From an uncultured Candidatus Saccharibacteria bacterium (GTDB taxonomy: Bacteria > Patescibacteriota > Dojkabacteria > J137), in the NCBI GenBank assembly GCA_964635995.1, contig CAZWRA010000002.1:1-55939 (forward strand): a DNA stretch of 55,939 bases, written 5' to 3'. The translations under genes and the position numbers were made by a program. The notes beneath the pieces are model-generated. The model was given only the letters and a program-made list of their open reading frames with translations. It was not told where the DNA came from and ran no database searches. Positions 37,637 to 47,922 of this stretch are shown here, one piece after another. Every line of letters starts with the position of its first letter. Position 1 is the stretch's first letter.

Positions 37637-38038
37637 TTAATTCTTTATAGAATCTAAAATAATATTTACCATTTGATCTGCAAACTTATTTTCAGATCTT
37701 GGAATATGTTTAAAACTGAGACTTTTAAACGCCTTTGAAAGCTTATTAACCTTTTCATAAAGTTCCTTCATATCCTCGTGTTTTACTTGGTACTCACCAT
37801 TCATCTGCTTAACTACTAACTCACTATCTAAATGACAGATTACTTCTAATGCATCATTACTTAATGCAATTTCTAATCCTTCTAGAAGAGCTGAATATTC
37901 AGCTGAATTGTTTGTTTTATTACCTAGAAAACTTCCAGAAAAATCAATTAAATTATCGTTTTCATCAAAAAGAAATATACCTGTAGCAGAAGATCCTGGA
38001 TTTCCTCTAGCACCACCATCTGTGAATAATTTAAACAT
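37637..38038 (-). CDS. rnhA: ribonuclease HI
   Basis: FTDGGARGNPG, NNSAEYSALLEGLEIAL and DSELVVKQMNGEY are the RNase H type 1 catalytic DEDD context. Confidence 0.75.
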   Translation of the reverse strand: MFKLFTDGGARGNPGSSATGIFLFDENDNLIDFSGSFLGNKTNNSAEYSALLEGLEIALSNDALEVICHLDSELVVKQMNGEYQVKHEDMKELYEKVNKLSKAFKSLSFKHIPRSENKFADQMVNIILDSIKN

Positions 38039-38116
38039 GGGTTATTAATAACTTTTAAAAGTTTAACACACAAAAAAGTACATAAGTACCTTGTTACCTA
38101 AGACTTATATACTAAT

Positions 38117-38680
38117 TTACTTACATTCCCAGAGGTATGAAAGTCCTTCAGCAAACATTCTTGCTGTAACATGAACTTGAGCGTAAGGATCGTAGATTGA
38201 AGATTCTGGAATGCCATATCTTGAAGCTCTAATTGGCCAATAATTTACATGGTGTTGGAATAATCCAAAGTAGATATTATTAGCAGCATATGGATTACCA
38301 CTACTCTCGCAATACATAATTCTAATAACCTGACTTGCATCGCAACCTACTGCTGCACATTGTTCAATAATTATTGATTCATAAGCTTTAGGGGATGTTT
38401 GAACCCAAAGCTGCCTTTTCTGATTTTGAAGAATTTGTACTTTTTCGAATTCAGTTTGATCTAAATCTTCTTTAATAAATCCTAAGACATTTGCCTCAGC
38501 TTCGACTTGAACTAGATCATTTGTCCTTAGAGTTCTTACACTAGCTCTAACATCTTTAGGGTCTTCGAGATTTACTAGAATTGAAATACCAGTTATAAAA
38601 GCAAATAGAAGTAATATTGCTTTCAATAAACTAATTTTCTTAATATAAATATTGGGCGACGGGTCGTCCTTCTTTTCCAT
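38117..38680 (-). CDS. membrane-anchored Rpf-like / transglycosylase-like lysozyme-fold protein
   Basis: TM anchor followed by IMYCESSGNPYAANNIYFGLFQ, resembling the CESGGN...GLFQ transglycosylase-like motif. Confidence 0.55.
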   Translation of the reverse strand: MEKKDDPSPNIYIKKISLLKAILLLFAFITGISILVNLEDPKDVRASVRTLRTNDLVQVEAEANVLGFIKEDLDQTEFEKVQILQNQKRQLWVQTSPKAYESIIIEQCAAVGCDASQVIRIMYCESSGNPYAANNIYFGLFQHHVNYWPIRASRYGIPESSIYDPYAQVHVTARMFAEGLSYLWECK

Positions 38681-38720
38681 TATAATTGACCAAACCTAAG
38701 GGCGTTGAGTCTTCTAAAAA

Positions 38721-39932
38721 TTATTTCAATTTTTGCTCCTCACATAATAAATCAAGAACACTGAATTTGTCACCTCCAAGATATTTAAGCATCATTCCTC
38801 CCCCAATTGAGACGTGATTAAACCTCTTTGGTTTAATTCTTAGAAGTTGCATCGCGTAAGTTGTGTCTGCTCCTCCAGCTACTTTAAAAGCATCCTTAGG
38901 AGTTGAAAGGGCTATATATTCACCTATTGCCTCAGTTCCTTTATTAAACTTTTCCCATTCAAAAACTCCCATAGGACCATTCCACAAAACAGTCTTTGCA
39001 GATTCGATAACTTCTCGAAATTGTGCAGTAGTTTTAGGACCTATATCTAAACCCATTAATGACTTTGGGATTTGTTGTGTTTTAACTTCAGTTGTTTTTG
39101 TTCTAGCTTCAAACTTCTCTCCTGCAATATGGTCAATAGGTAATAAAATCTCTACTTTTGCCTTCTCAGCTTTTTTTAGAATTTTCTCGGCTTTTTTTAT
39201 TGATTTTTCATCTACTAAAGACTTTCCAACCTCAACTCCCATTGCTTTAAGGAATGTATATGCCATTGCCCCTCCAATAATCATTGAATCTACTTTTGTA
39301 ATAAGAGCTTCAAGAAGAAGCACTTTTGTATCGACTTTAACACCTCCAATCACAGCTACATAAGGACTCTCAGGTTCTTCTCCAATTTTGTTTAAAGCTT
39401 CAATCTCTTTTTGCATTGCGAAACCTGCGAAACTTGGCATTAATTTAGGCAGGTCATATACAGAAGCATGTTCTCTATATACTCCGAAAGCATCATTTAC
39501 ATAAATATCGCAAAGCTCGGCCAAAGGTTTAATGAATTCTACTCTTTCAGTTTCTTTAGAACTCTCTTCAAATGGAGAAAATCGAAGGTTTTCTAATAAA
39601 AGAACTTCACCTTTTTCCATGAATTTTATTGAGTTTTCACAAGCGCTAACATGAGCGAACTTAATAGGCTTATTTAAAAGCTTTCCTAGTTCAAACCTAG
39701 CAGTCATTAGAGAAAGTTCATCTACAGACTCTCCATTTGGCCTTCCAGCGTGTGAAAGCAGAACAACTTTACAGTTCTTTTCTAAAAGATAATCAATTGT
39801 CTTTATAGAAGATTGGATTCGGGTGTTATCCTTAATTTCTCCATTCTCCATAGGAACATCGAAATTTACCCTGACAATAACTGTTTTTTCTCCAACTTTT
39901 ATGTCTTGAATTTTCCGAATGTTTTCGTACAT
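38721..39932 (-). CDS. pgk: phosphoglycerate kinase
   Basis: RVNFDVP, LLSHAGRP and GGGMMLKYL, with full length and collinearity to the Pgk family. Confidence 0.95.
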   Translation of the reverse strand: MYENIRKIQDIKVGEKTVIVRVNFDVPMENGEIKDNTRIQSSIKTIDYLLEKNCKVVLLSHAGRPNGESVDELSLMTARFELGKLLNKPIKFAHVSACENSIKFMEKGEVLLLENLRFSPFEESSKETERVEFIKPLAELCDIYVNDAFGVYREHASVYDLPKLMPSFAGFAMQKEIEALNKIGEEPESPYVAVIGGVKVDTKVLLLEALITKVDSMIIGGAMAYTFLKAMGVEVGKSLVDEKSIKKAEKILKKAEKAKVEILLPIDHIAGEKFEARTKTTEVKTQQIPKSLMGLDIGPKTTAQFREVIESAKTVLWNGPMGVFEWEKFNKGTEAIGEYIALSTPKDAFKVAGGADTTYAMQLLRIKPKRFNHVSIGGGMMLKYLGGDKFSVLDLLCEEQKLK

Positions 39933-40022
39933 TTACTTGTTTTTTACCTTTCAATTATACCATAAAATCAAGTGTTACGAAGAAGTTCGTTCATATTATA
40001 TGAACACAACTTGCTCTCGATT

Positions 40023-41741
40023 TTAGGCAGCTAAGTATCTATATATTCGAGATTGTTCAGTTGTAATTGGTCCTAGGGTAACTTCCTGTATAAAATTCTG
40101 CATAGCAGCTATAAGTTCTTCCTTTTTTGAAGGGTCGTTTTCTTTTAAAATCTTATTTAATGCTTAACGAACTAAGATCATAGCTCCAGCATAAGCAATA
40201 TAGTTTGGCCCATAAGCAAAGAACTGTGTATGTGCTACTGATGATCTATAAGAATCAGCAGAATGAGAAGGGAAAACATAACCATTTTCTTTTAACCTAT
40301 TTAAAACCTCAGCTGGAATATTCTTATATTCTAAAAGAACTTCTTCAGGTAGATCAAATAGTTCTGAAGCTGTAGTTGCATTGTCAAGTAGGTCGAAAAA
40401 CCTTAAATTACTAAATAGAAAGGCTGTTCTGTATACATGATACTCCCATGCTCTAACAAATGTCTCATCTCTTTGCCTTATATCTGTTGGATTAATTAAT
40501 ATAGGAATAAGGAGTTCACTGAAAAATGCGTGTATTTCTCCCATTTGATTACTGAATCTATCAGTAACTCTAAATTGAGATTTATTAGAAAGTACATGGA
40601 ATGCATGACCTAATTCATGGAAAATACTACTGCTTAAATACATTGTTCCTGTTTCACCAGTTCCGAAAAGTGTAATTAATACTGATTTTTCGAATTTATC
40701 ACTCGTATATGGCGTAGTAACATAAGCTGCAGGAGCATATTTAGAGTTTAATTGTAAATTAATAGAGTAAGCCTTTCCATCTTGCTCCAACTCAATGACA
40801 ACAATGCCGTTTTCACTATTATAGTTGTTGCTTATAACATTAAATCCGTACATTTGACTCAGGTACTGTACCCCAAGATCGATACAAGGTAATGTTTCAA
40901 CATGGTAGTCAGGAGATAAGTATTCTCTAACTGTTTCTCTTTCAAATTCGTCGACTTTATCGCCTATAATTTCACGAGTAATAGCGTGGTTTATTGATTG
41001 TTCAGCTGATCTATTACCGAAAACAGCATAATACATTACATCTTCAGGTCCTACACTAGTTAAATCAATATCTAATCCTTCTATTAAAGCACCAAGTTCT
41101 AACTCAGCCTTTTTTGCAATTGCTTGATAGTTATCAGCTATGAAATTTTTAACACCAGTATTATCTCCAAAAAATGACTCTACCATCCAGGGATTAATAC
41201 CAGTTAATCTCTCAATTGATCTAGTTATTTTTATTATTTCCGAAATCCTTTCAAGAGCCTTAGCTTCAGGGTAATTCACAGGATCTCCATGTCCAAATAC
41301 TGAGAGTATTTCATAAGTAGCTCTTCTTTCTTCTTTTGTTGATCCCTGTTTCCATAATTCAGGTCTATGCTTATTAATAGGAGTGTAATTAAGCTGGTCT
41401 AATAGATCTTGCATATCCCTATAAGATCTACTTAAAACTGCCTGACCTTCCATAACTGCTTTTCTATCATCAGCATTATCTAAATGTGCTCCATTAGCTC
41501 TAAATATCCGTTTTAACGCAACCAAAGCTTCTCTTTGCTCAGCTGTATCAGATGTAATACGCTCAACTCGACTATAATTTTGTGGAGAATAGAATCCTTC
41601 TTTTAAAGCAACTATTTGATCAGTTATATTTTCTTTAATTCTTGTAACATCATCAGTAGTTAGACTCGGGATTAGCGAAAGAGTACTCATAATTATTTCA
41701 AGATCTTGTATATTACCGTAAACAGTATCGAATTCGTTCAA
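40023..41741 (-). pseudogene. M3-family (oligoendopeptidase F-like) zinc metallopeptidase with an in-frame TAA near the C-terminus
   Basis: HEXXH in IFHELGHAFH. After TAA at 40164-40166 the same frame continues for 46 codons (ALNKILKENDPSKKEELIAAMQNFIQEVTLGPITTEQSRIYRYLAA) to TAA at 40023-40025. TTG start at 41741. Confidence 0.6.
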
Positions 41742-41910
41742 GTCTATGTCTTCTAGCTGCTCTATTCTTGATATCTGAAAAAAGCTTGTAGATATCTAGC
41801 CTCAATAGAAGCTTCTAAACTTGAATATGAAATCTCTGATAAACTTTCTTACATTATATTTTTTAAACACAGGATTATATCAGCATGATATAGGATTCCA
41901 AAACATTTTC

Positions 41911-43167
41911 TTATTTTGAAATTATTTCTTTACCCATGTATTTTTGTAGAACTTCAGGGATTTTTATTGAACCGTCTTTCTGTTGGAAATTTTCAATAAT
42001 TGCTACAGGGAATCTAGATAGTGCAATTGCAGTTCCATTCAACATATGAACATATTGATTGTTTCCATCTTTATCTTTATATCGAATGTTTAGATTTCTA
42101 GCCTGATAATCAGTGCAGTTAGATGTTGATGTAATTTCACCATAATCATTTCTTCCAGGCATCCATGCTTCTAAATCATATTTCTTAGCAGCAATTGCAC
42201 CTAAATCAGCAGTACATTGTTGTAATACTTTGAAGTGCAATCCTAGCTCAGATGCAATTTCTTTTTCGATATTTAGCATTTCTTGATGTATTTCTTCAGA
42301 TTGCTCTGGAGTGCAGTGCGCAAACATTTCGAGTTTTGTGAATTGATGCGTTCGATAAAGACCCTTTGAGTACTTTCCGTATGCACCTGCTTCTTTTCTA
42401 AAACAATGAGAAACTGCTACATATTTCTTTGGTAAATCTTCTAGATTAAATATCTCATCAGCATGATATCCAGCCATAGTTACTTCTGCTGTTGCTATTA
42501 AACCTAAGTCCTCTCCTTCAATTTCATAAGTTTGTGCTTCATCGCCTTTTGGAGCATATCCTGTTCCTAAATAGAATTTAGATTTAGCAAGATCTGGAGT
42601 TTGGAAAAGTTCATAGCCTTTCTGGACAAATTTATGAAGTCCAAATTGGATTAATGCATATTCTAATAGAACAGCATCTCCTTTTAAATAATAGAATTGA
42701 GAACCACTTACCTTTGCAGCAGTCTCGAAATCAATAATTCCTAGATCAATCATTAAATCTAGATGATTCTTAGGTTCAAAGTCAAAATTAGGTTTTTCTC
42801 CAATAAACTCTAAATCTAGATTATCATCTTCACTTGTACCTTTAGGAACATCATCAAAATGAATGTTTGGAATTGAATTTATTAAATCATTCCAGTGAGT
42901 CTCAAGCTCCTCAAGTTTAGATTCAGTAATCTCGATTTCCTCTTTAAGGCTTTTTACTTTGTCGATAATTTCCTGATCGGGTTTCCCTTTCAGTCCTTTA
43001 CTTAATTCATTACGTTCAGCTCTTAGAGTATCTCTTTTTACAATAAGATCATTTCTTTCTTTATCAATTTGCAACCAATTCTCAACAATTTCTGAATTAT
43101 TACCTCTTTCTTCAGTATTTTTCTTTACTTTATCGGGATTTTCTCTAATAAAATTTGGATCTATCAT
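41911..43167 (-). CDS. serS: serine--tRNA ligase
   Basis: N-terminal coiled-coil arm. Class II motifs include FRKEAGAYGK, YRTHQFTKLEMF and GTAIALSRFPVAIIENFQ. Confidence 0.95.
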   Translation of the reverse strand: MIDPNFIRENPDKVKKNTEERGNNSEIVENWLQIDKERNDLIVKRDTLRAERNELSKGLKGKPDQEIIDKVKSLKEEIEITESKLEELETHWNDLINSIPNIHFDDVPKGTSEDDNLDLEFIGEKPNFDFEPKNHLDLMIDLGIIDFETAAKVSGSQFYYLKGDAVLLEYALIQFGLHKFVQKGYELFQTPDLAKSKFYLGTGYAPKGDEAQTYEIEGEDLGLIATAEVTMAGYHADEIFNLEDLPKKYVAVSHCFRKEAGAYGKYSKGLYRTHQFTKLEMFAHCTPEQSEEIHQEMLNIEKEIASELGLHFKVLQQCTADLGAIAAKKYDLEAWMPGRNDYGEITSTSNCTDYQARNLNIRYKDKDGNNQYVHMLNGTAIALSRFPVAIIENFQQKDGSIKIPEVLQKYMGKEIISK

Positions 43168-43289
43168 GGTTTTTATATGTAAATAAATAAACTAATTCAA
43201 ATTAGGAAAGCATTTATCCCCGGAGGGATGTTTTGAAAAAGTTTATTTGTAATTTATTCATAAAGGGATTATACACTATCTTTAATAAG

Positions 43290-43500
43290 AGAAGCATCAC
43301 TAAGCTCTTGTTTAAGTATATGCTAAGTGATATTATTGGTTAATTACTTAAGCCCTTGGAAAGGCTAGATGTGAGAACATGACAGATTAAGTAAAACAAG
43401 AGACTAAAGTTATTGGATATCATGCTTTGGTAATTAGGGTGGAACCGCGGTGAAAATCGTCCCTAGCAAATATATTTTATTTGTTAAGGACGATTTTTTT
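43290..43500 (+). promoter_or_regulatory. T-box riboswitch leader of glyQS
   Basis: T-box core AATTAGGGTGGAACCGCGG at 43432-43450. It overlaps the 5' side of a strong terminator (arms 43453-43472 and 43478-43497, T run to 43500). Upstream stem-loops are consistent with Stem I. The specifier is not confidently placed; GGT at 43338-43340 is one candidate. Confidence 0.75.
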
Positions 43501-44979
43501 ATGGAAACAAAAATCACTTCCTTAGATCAACTTAAAGCTTGGGCAAAGGAAAATGGATTCATTTTCTCATCCTCTGAAATATATGGAGGCTTTCAAGCAG
43601 TTTATGACTACGGTCATTACGGATATCTTCTTAAAGAAAATATTCAAAATTTATGGCAAAAAGCCATGTGGCAAAATAGAGATGACGTTGTATCTCTAGA
43701 TTCAGGAATATTTATGCATCCTAAAACTTGGGAAGCAAGCGGACATGTTGGTGGATTTTCCGACGTTTTAGTTGAAGATAAGAAGACGCATAAAAGATAT
43801 AGAGCTGACCATGTTATCGAGGATCATATTAAAAATAGTAAAGATTTTCAGGATAAGAAACAAGGATTTATTGACGCTATTGAAGACGTGGATGTTAAAA
43901 ACGCTCTAGAGAAAGAAGACATGGATAAATTAAATCCAAGTCAATTAGCAGCAATCATTGAACTTTTAGATGTAAAAAGTCCTGATGGAAATGCTCTTGC
44001 TGATGCAAGAAATTTCAATCTTCTTGTTAAATCTAATCTTGGAACAACTGATGCTACTTTTAATGATGAGAATGTTTCTTATTTAAGAGGAGAAACATGT
44101 CAGGGAATTTATCTTAACTATAAGAATGTTATTGATAATCTTAGAGTTAAAGTACCTTTTGGAATAGCTCAAGTAGGAAAGGCATTTAGAAATGAGATTG
44201 TTGCGAGACAATTTGTATTTAGAACAAGAGAATTTGAACAAATGGAGCTTCAATACTTTATTCATCCTGAAATGAATGAGGAGGTTTATAAAGAGTGGAA
44301 AGATGAGCGAATGAACTGGTATGTTAATGTTTTGGGAATAAGTAAAGATAGTCTAAAGTTTAGACCTCATGAAAAACTTATCTTCTATGCTAAAGCTGCA
44401 GAAGATATTGTATATAAATTCAACTCAATGGATAAGTTCGATGAGATTGAGGGAATTCACGCAAGATCAGATTATGATCTTTCTCAACATGCAAAGTTCT
44501 CAGGTCAAAAATTAGATTATTTCGATCAGGAAAGAGGTGAGAGATATGTTCCATGGATTGTTGAAGCATCTTGCGGATTAAATAGATTAGTAATGATGGT
44601 TCTTGATCATTTCTGGAAGAATGAGAAAATTGACTCAACTGGAGATGAAAAAAGAGATTATAGAACTGTTCTAAAACTACCTGTAAATCTTGCTCCTATA
44701 AAAATTGCCGTCTTACCTTTATCTAAGAAAGAGGATTTGGTAAATAAATCAAAAGAGATTAAGAAAATGCTACAGGAAAAATATATGACTGAGTATGATG
44801 AAACAGCATCTATCGGAAAAAGATATAGAAGACAGGATGAGATAGGAACACCTTTCTGCATTACTGTAGATTTTGAAACACTAGAAGACAATGCAGTAAC
44901 AGTTAGAGATAGGGACTCAATGAAACAAGAAAGAATCAAAATAGATGATTTAAAAAAGTACTTTTTTGATAAATTCTAG
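43501..44979 (+). CDS. glyQS: glycine--tRNA ligase (alpha2 GlyQS type)
   Basis: METKITSLDQLKAWAKENGFIFSSSEIYGGFQAVYDYGHYG, FRNEIVARQFVFRTREFEQMELQYF and a C-terminal anticodon-binding domain. The GTG at 43450 in the ORF track lies inside the T-box terminator. Confidence 0.95.
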   Translation: METKITSLDQLKAWAKENGFIFSSSEIYGGFQAVYDYGHYGYLLKENIQNLWQKAMWQNRDDVVSLDSGIFMHPKTWEASGHVGGFSDVLVEDKKTHKRYRADHVIEDHIKNSKDFQDKKQGFIDAIEDVDVKNALEKEDMDKLNPSQLAAIIELLDVKSPDGNALADARNFNLLVKSNLGTTDATFNDENVSYLRGETCQGIYLNYKNVIDNLRVKVPFGIAQVGKAFRNEIVARQFVFRTREFEQMELQYFIHPEMNEEVYKEWKDERMNWYVNVLGISKDSLKFRPHEKLIFYAKAAEDIVYKFNSMDKFDEIEGIHARSDYDLSQHAKFSGQKLDYFDQERGERYVPWIVEASCGLNRLVMMVLDHFWKNEKIDSTGDEKRDYRTVLKLPVNLAPIKIAVLPLSKKEDLVNKSKEIKKMLQEKYMTEYDETASIGKRYRRQDEIGTPFCITVDFETLEDNAVTVRDRDSMKQERIKIDDLKKYFFDKF

Positions 44980-45015
44980 GGTTTGACCTTATAATCAATA
45001 GTATTTGAAATTAAT

Positions 45016-45426
45016 ATGAGATTAAGAACTTCAAGCGTTTTAAAACTAGAACATGCTTTGTGTAACCAAGAAGTTATTTTCGAAACCCACCAGGGAAAAC
45101 GTATAGACGTATCTGGTGGGAGAGGAAAGATGGATGTAAAAAAGTTTCTTGGTTTTATTAAGCCAGAAATGGCATCTCAAGTTGAAGCTATGGATTATGG
45201 TCCAATATCATTAGAGAACAATGAACATCTTGGAATTGAGATAAGAAAATATTTCCATGGAAATTTTAATGTACATGAGTCTCATGCGGATAAACTAGTT
45301 TTTGTAGGTAGATTAAGAGACACTGCTTTGTCTCAAAGAGATCAGATACCAGATGATCAAAGAGCAAATTACGAAGCGACTTTAGAGGTCATGAATAATC
45401 TTGTAGGACAAGCTATTGAGTCTTAA
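45016..45426 (+). CDS. hypothetical protein (start uncertain; an internal Met is at 45130)
   Basis: ORF track. No motif. Confidence 0.4.
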   Translation: MRLRTSSVLKLEHALCNQEVIFETHQGKRIDVSGGRGKMDVKKFLGFIKPEMASQVEAMDYGPISLENNEHLGIEIRKYFHGNFNVHESHADKLVFVGRLRDTALSQRDQIPDDQRANYEATLEVMNNLVGQAIES

Positions 45427-46151
45427 ATAGAAACATCTGATAGATCTATATCTTCTATTTCTCTAAGTCTTTGTTCAACAAACTCTCTTCCCTCTTCCTC
45501 ATTATAGTGTTTAAAACCGAATACTGTATTTTTCATCATATCTAGGTCAGTTAAGTCACTACATGGAATAGGATATATCCCATATACTTTTTTATTATGA
45601 GCAAGTGTTTTTGGGAGATCTTCAGTTGAAGCTTTACCAGGATAGACTAAATAATTATCGTCGGTTGTAATTCTTGAATTACTATCTCTATTAACTTTTT
45701 CAAGTAATTCTATTTCTGTTAAATGAGGAACGTCTGATTCTTCTTCTCCAATAAAGTAATAAAAATCAGTTACATTTGCTTTAAAAAAGCAGAATTGTTT
45801 AGATTTATGTAAAGGTTCGATTACTAAATTAGGAGAATCACTAAGTTCGAGAGCTCCTACCTTATCGATCTCTTCTCCAGCTATGTTTTTAACAGAAATA
45901 TAATTATCTGAGGATAGATTCCTGACTTTAATTCTTGTAATCTCCATTACATCAAGAGGTATAGTTTTGTTATCAAGCTCAACAATAATCTCCTCGCCAT
46001 AAAAATTTAATAAGACAACAGTAGTAATATTAGGCTGGATTAATTTTATTAATAGGAATAGGATAGAAAGGACAATTATTAACCCTAAAGCAATAAAACT
46101 AAGTATTGCTCCGTATACTTGTAATTTATAACCAATTGGGAATCCTTTCAT
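45423..46151 (-). CDS. membrane-anchored hypothetical protein (242 aa)
   Basis: One N-terminal TM helix. No family recognised. Confidence 0.45.
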   Translation of the reverse strand: MKGFPIGYKLQVYGAILSFIALGLIIVLSILFLLIKLIQPNITTVVLLNFYGEEIIVELDNKTIPLDVMEITRIKVRNLSSDNYISVKNIAGEEIDKVGALELSDSPNLVIEPLHKSKQFCFFKANVTDFYYFIGEEESDVPHLTEIELLEKVNRDSNSRITTDDNYLVYPGKASTEDLPKTLAHNKKVYGIYPIPCSDLTDLDMMKNTVFGFKHYNEEEGREFVEQRLREIEDIDLSDVSI

Positions 46152-46190
46152 ATTGTAATGTAGCCTAAAACGCCCATCTAATCAAGCGAT

Positions 46191-46496
46191 TTACCATATT
46201 TTTTGATATAAATTAATGATCATTTCTCGATTGTCATCCGGTGCAGAAATGTTTTTAATTATTTCGTTATACTTTTTACAACGATAGACAATTCTCTCCT
46301 TATTATTAATAGACTCAATTCCAATAGGTTCAAGGACACCTTTACACTTATTTTGTCTATCACCAGGATTTATATCCACATGAAGTCCGAAAAGGCAATT
46401 AGTACAATGATCTCTTGAGCTTGTTGGATGAGGCGGCACTAACTCCTTACAATTAATACAAACAAAGCTCTCATTTTTCTTCTCAAACTTTTTCAT
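46191..46496 (-). CDS. RNHCP-domain zinc-ribbon protein
   Basis: FVCINCKELVPPHPTSSRDHCTNCLFGLHVD and NKCKGVLEPIG match the RNHCP-domain pattern. Confidence 0.6.
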   Translation of the reverse strand: MKKFEKKNESFVCINCKELVPPHPTSSRDHCTNCLFGLHVDINPGDRQNKCKGVLEPIGIESINNKERIVYRCKKYNEIIKNISAPDDNREMIINLYQKIW

Positions 46497-46505
46497 TGAG
46501 AGAGA

Positions 46506-47849
46506 TTATACAAATAGATATGTAATTGTTCCAATTAATGTTAGTAAAATTCCTACACTAAGATATTTGAAGAAATATTTACTTCCATTAAAGTAGCTTA
46601 GAATTATTTTTGAGAAGAAGTTAACAGCATTTGTTACAAGAAAGATTACGACTGCTGTTTTAACAACTATTTCCCTTTCATTTATTAGCTCAGCTAAAGC
46701 AATGCTTGGAGCATCTTGACTAATCGCTCCTGAAGCAGCAGTAATAAATATAGCTAGTGAATCAACATTAGCTATCTGCATTATCTGGATGAGTATAGTT
46801 AATGAAACTACTAAGGCTACAAAATTTACAGCGGGACCAATTGAAAATGGTTTATATGTAACTTGAATTGTTTCTTTCTTATTATGTGACAAAAGAAAAT
46901 ATAGACCTGTAATTAAACCGATAATAAACATTACTAGTAACGTCACATAAACTTCAGAAATTATAGCTGGGCTAATGATGCTTAATAAGATTAAGACTGA
47001 AATTAAGCTAACTGCATTTGAGATAATAGCTGCTCCAGCTAATGCTTGAGAGGTTTTCTCATCTGCTTTTTTCGATCTGTCTGCAAGAGCTACTGTTGTA
47101 CTTGTACTAGATATAAAACCACCTAAAAGTGAACTTAATAAAAGACTTTTATAAGAACCAATAATCTTTGAAGCTAGATAACTTCCTAGATTTATTCCAG
47201 AAATAATTACAACAACTAACCAGATTCTAAAAGGATTAATAATAGTAATGTTTAAAAGTGATTCCGATATTAATTCTGATGAGCTATCTACTCCTAAAAA
47301 GGAGACAAAGTAACTTAGGTAAAAGGTCTGATTTGGTAATAAAGGAAGTATTACAAGTGTAACAACTCCGAATTTAAAAATATCTATAACTTCTGTGTGA
47401 GAGATTTTTTCTAGAAGCACTCCGATGCCTCTTTTTTGAGAAAGGAAGAAGGCAAGAATGACTAAAATAAAAAGAACAAGCTCAATTGAAAAAAGTGAAG
47501 AAGTTGTTAGAAATCCAAGAACAAATGTAATAAGTACAGCAATTTCAGTTGTCATCCCGAATGCTTCTTTTAATCTTACATTTTCTATATATGCAGCTAC
47601 TAACAGAGCAATAAGACCTAGAAAAGATGCATAAACTAAAAATGTTTCTCCTCTTAAAAACAATAGTCCTGTAACTCCTCCGAAAAGTGAAAGAATTGTA
47701 TAAGTCCTAACTCCTCCAATTGTACTCTTCTCTCTTTCTTTTTCTGACTTCCTTTTTTTATCTTCTAATAATCTAGTTTCAGACTCGAGTCCAAGTATTG
47801 CCCCAAAAATAACTGTTAGTAGTATTCTAATAAAAAGTTCATTTTCCAT
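46506..47849 (-). CDS. MgtC/SapB-DUF4010 family integral membrane protein
   Basis: The N-terminal MgtC-like helix pair (LLTVIFGAILGLESE) is followed by about 10 TM helices, as in MgtC+DUF4010 proteins. Confidence 0.6.
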   Translation of the reverse strand: MENELFIRILLTVIFGAILGLESETRLLEDKKRKSEKEREKSTIGGVRTYTILSLFGGVTGLLFLRGETFLVYASFLGLIALLVAAYIENVRLKEAFGMTTEIAVLITFVLGFLTTSSLFSIELVLFILVILAFFLSQKRGIGVLLEKISHTEVIDIFKFGVVTLVILPLLPNQTFYLSYFVSFLGVDSSSELISESLLNITIINPFRIWLVVVIISGINLGSYLASKIIGSYKSLLLSSLLGGFISSTSTTVALADRSKKADEKTSQALAGAAIISNAVSLISVLILLSIISPAIISEVYVTLLVMFIIGLITGLYFLLSHNKKETIQVTYKPFSIGPAVNFVALVVSLTILIQIMQIANVDSLAIFITAASGAISQDAPSIALAELINEREIVVKTAVVIFLVTNAVNFFSKIILSYFNGSKYFFKYLSVGILLTLIGTITYLFV

Positions 47850-47922
47850 AGTAAATACAGTTTATACAAAAGAGTAAACCTTTGAAAGTTGTAATAGATA
47901 TTTAATAAATATAATATAGTTT

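Noticed and set aside
38863-39363. Antisense or shadow ORFs in the track (38863-39363, 16025-16360, 34179-34613, 31977-32267, 12144-12362, 13935-14162, 22194-22424, 44658-44939 and similar)
   Set aside because: Each lies entirely inside a well-supported gene on the other strand or frame. All have low-complexity Ser/Leu/Phe/Ile-rich translations typical of antisense AT-rich coding DNA.
43450-43500. GTG-initiated N-terminal extension of GlyRS given in the ORF track
   Set aside because: These codons are the T-box terminator hairpin and its T run. The conserved GlyRS N-terminus begins at ATG 43501.
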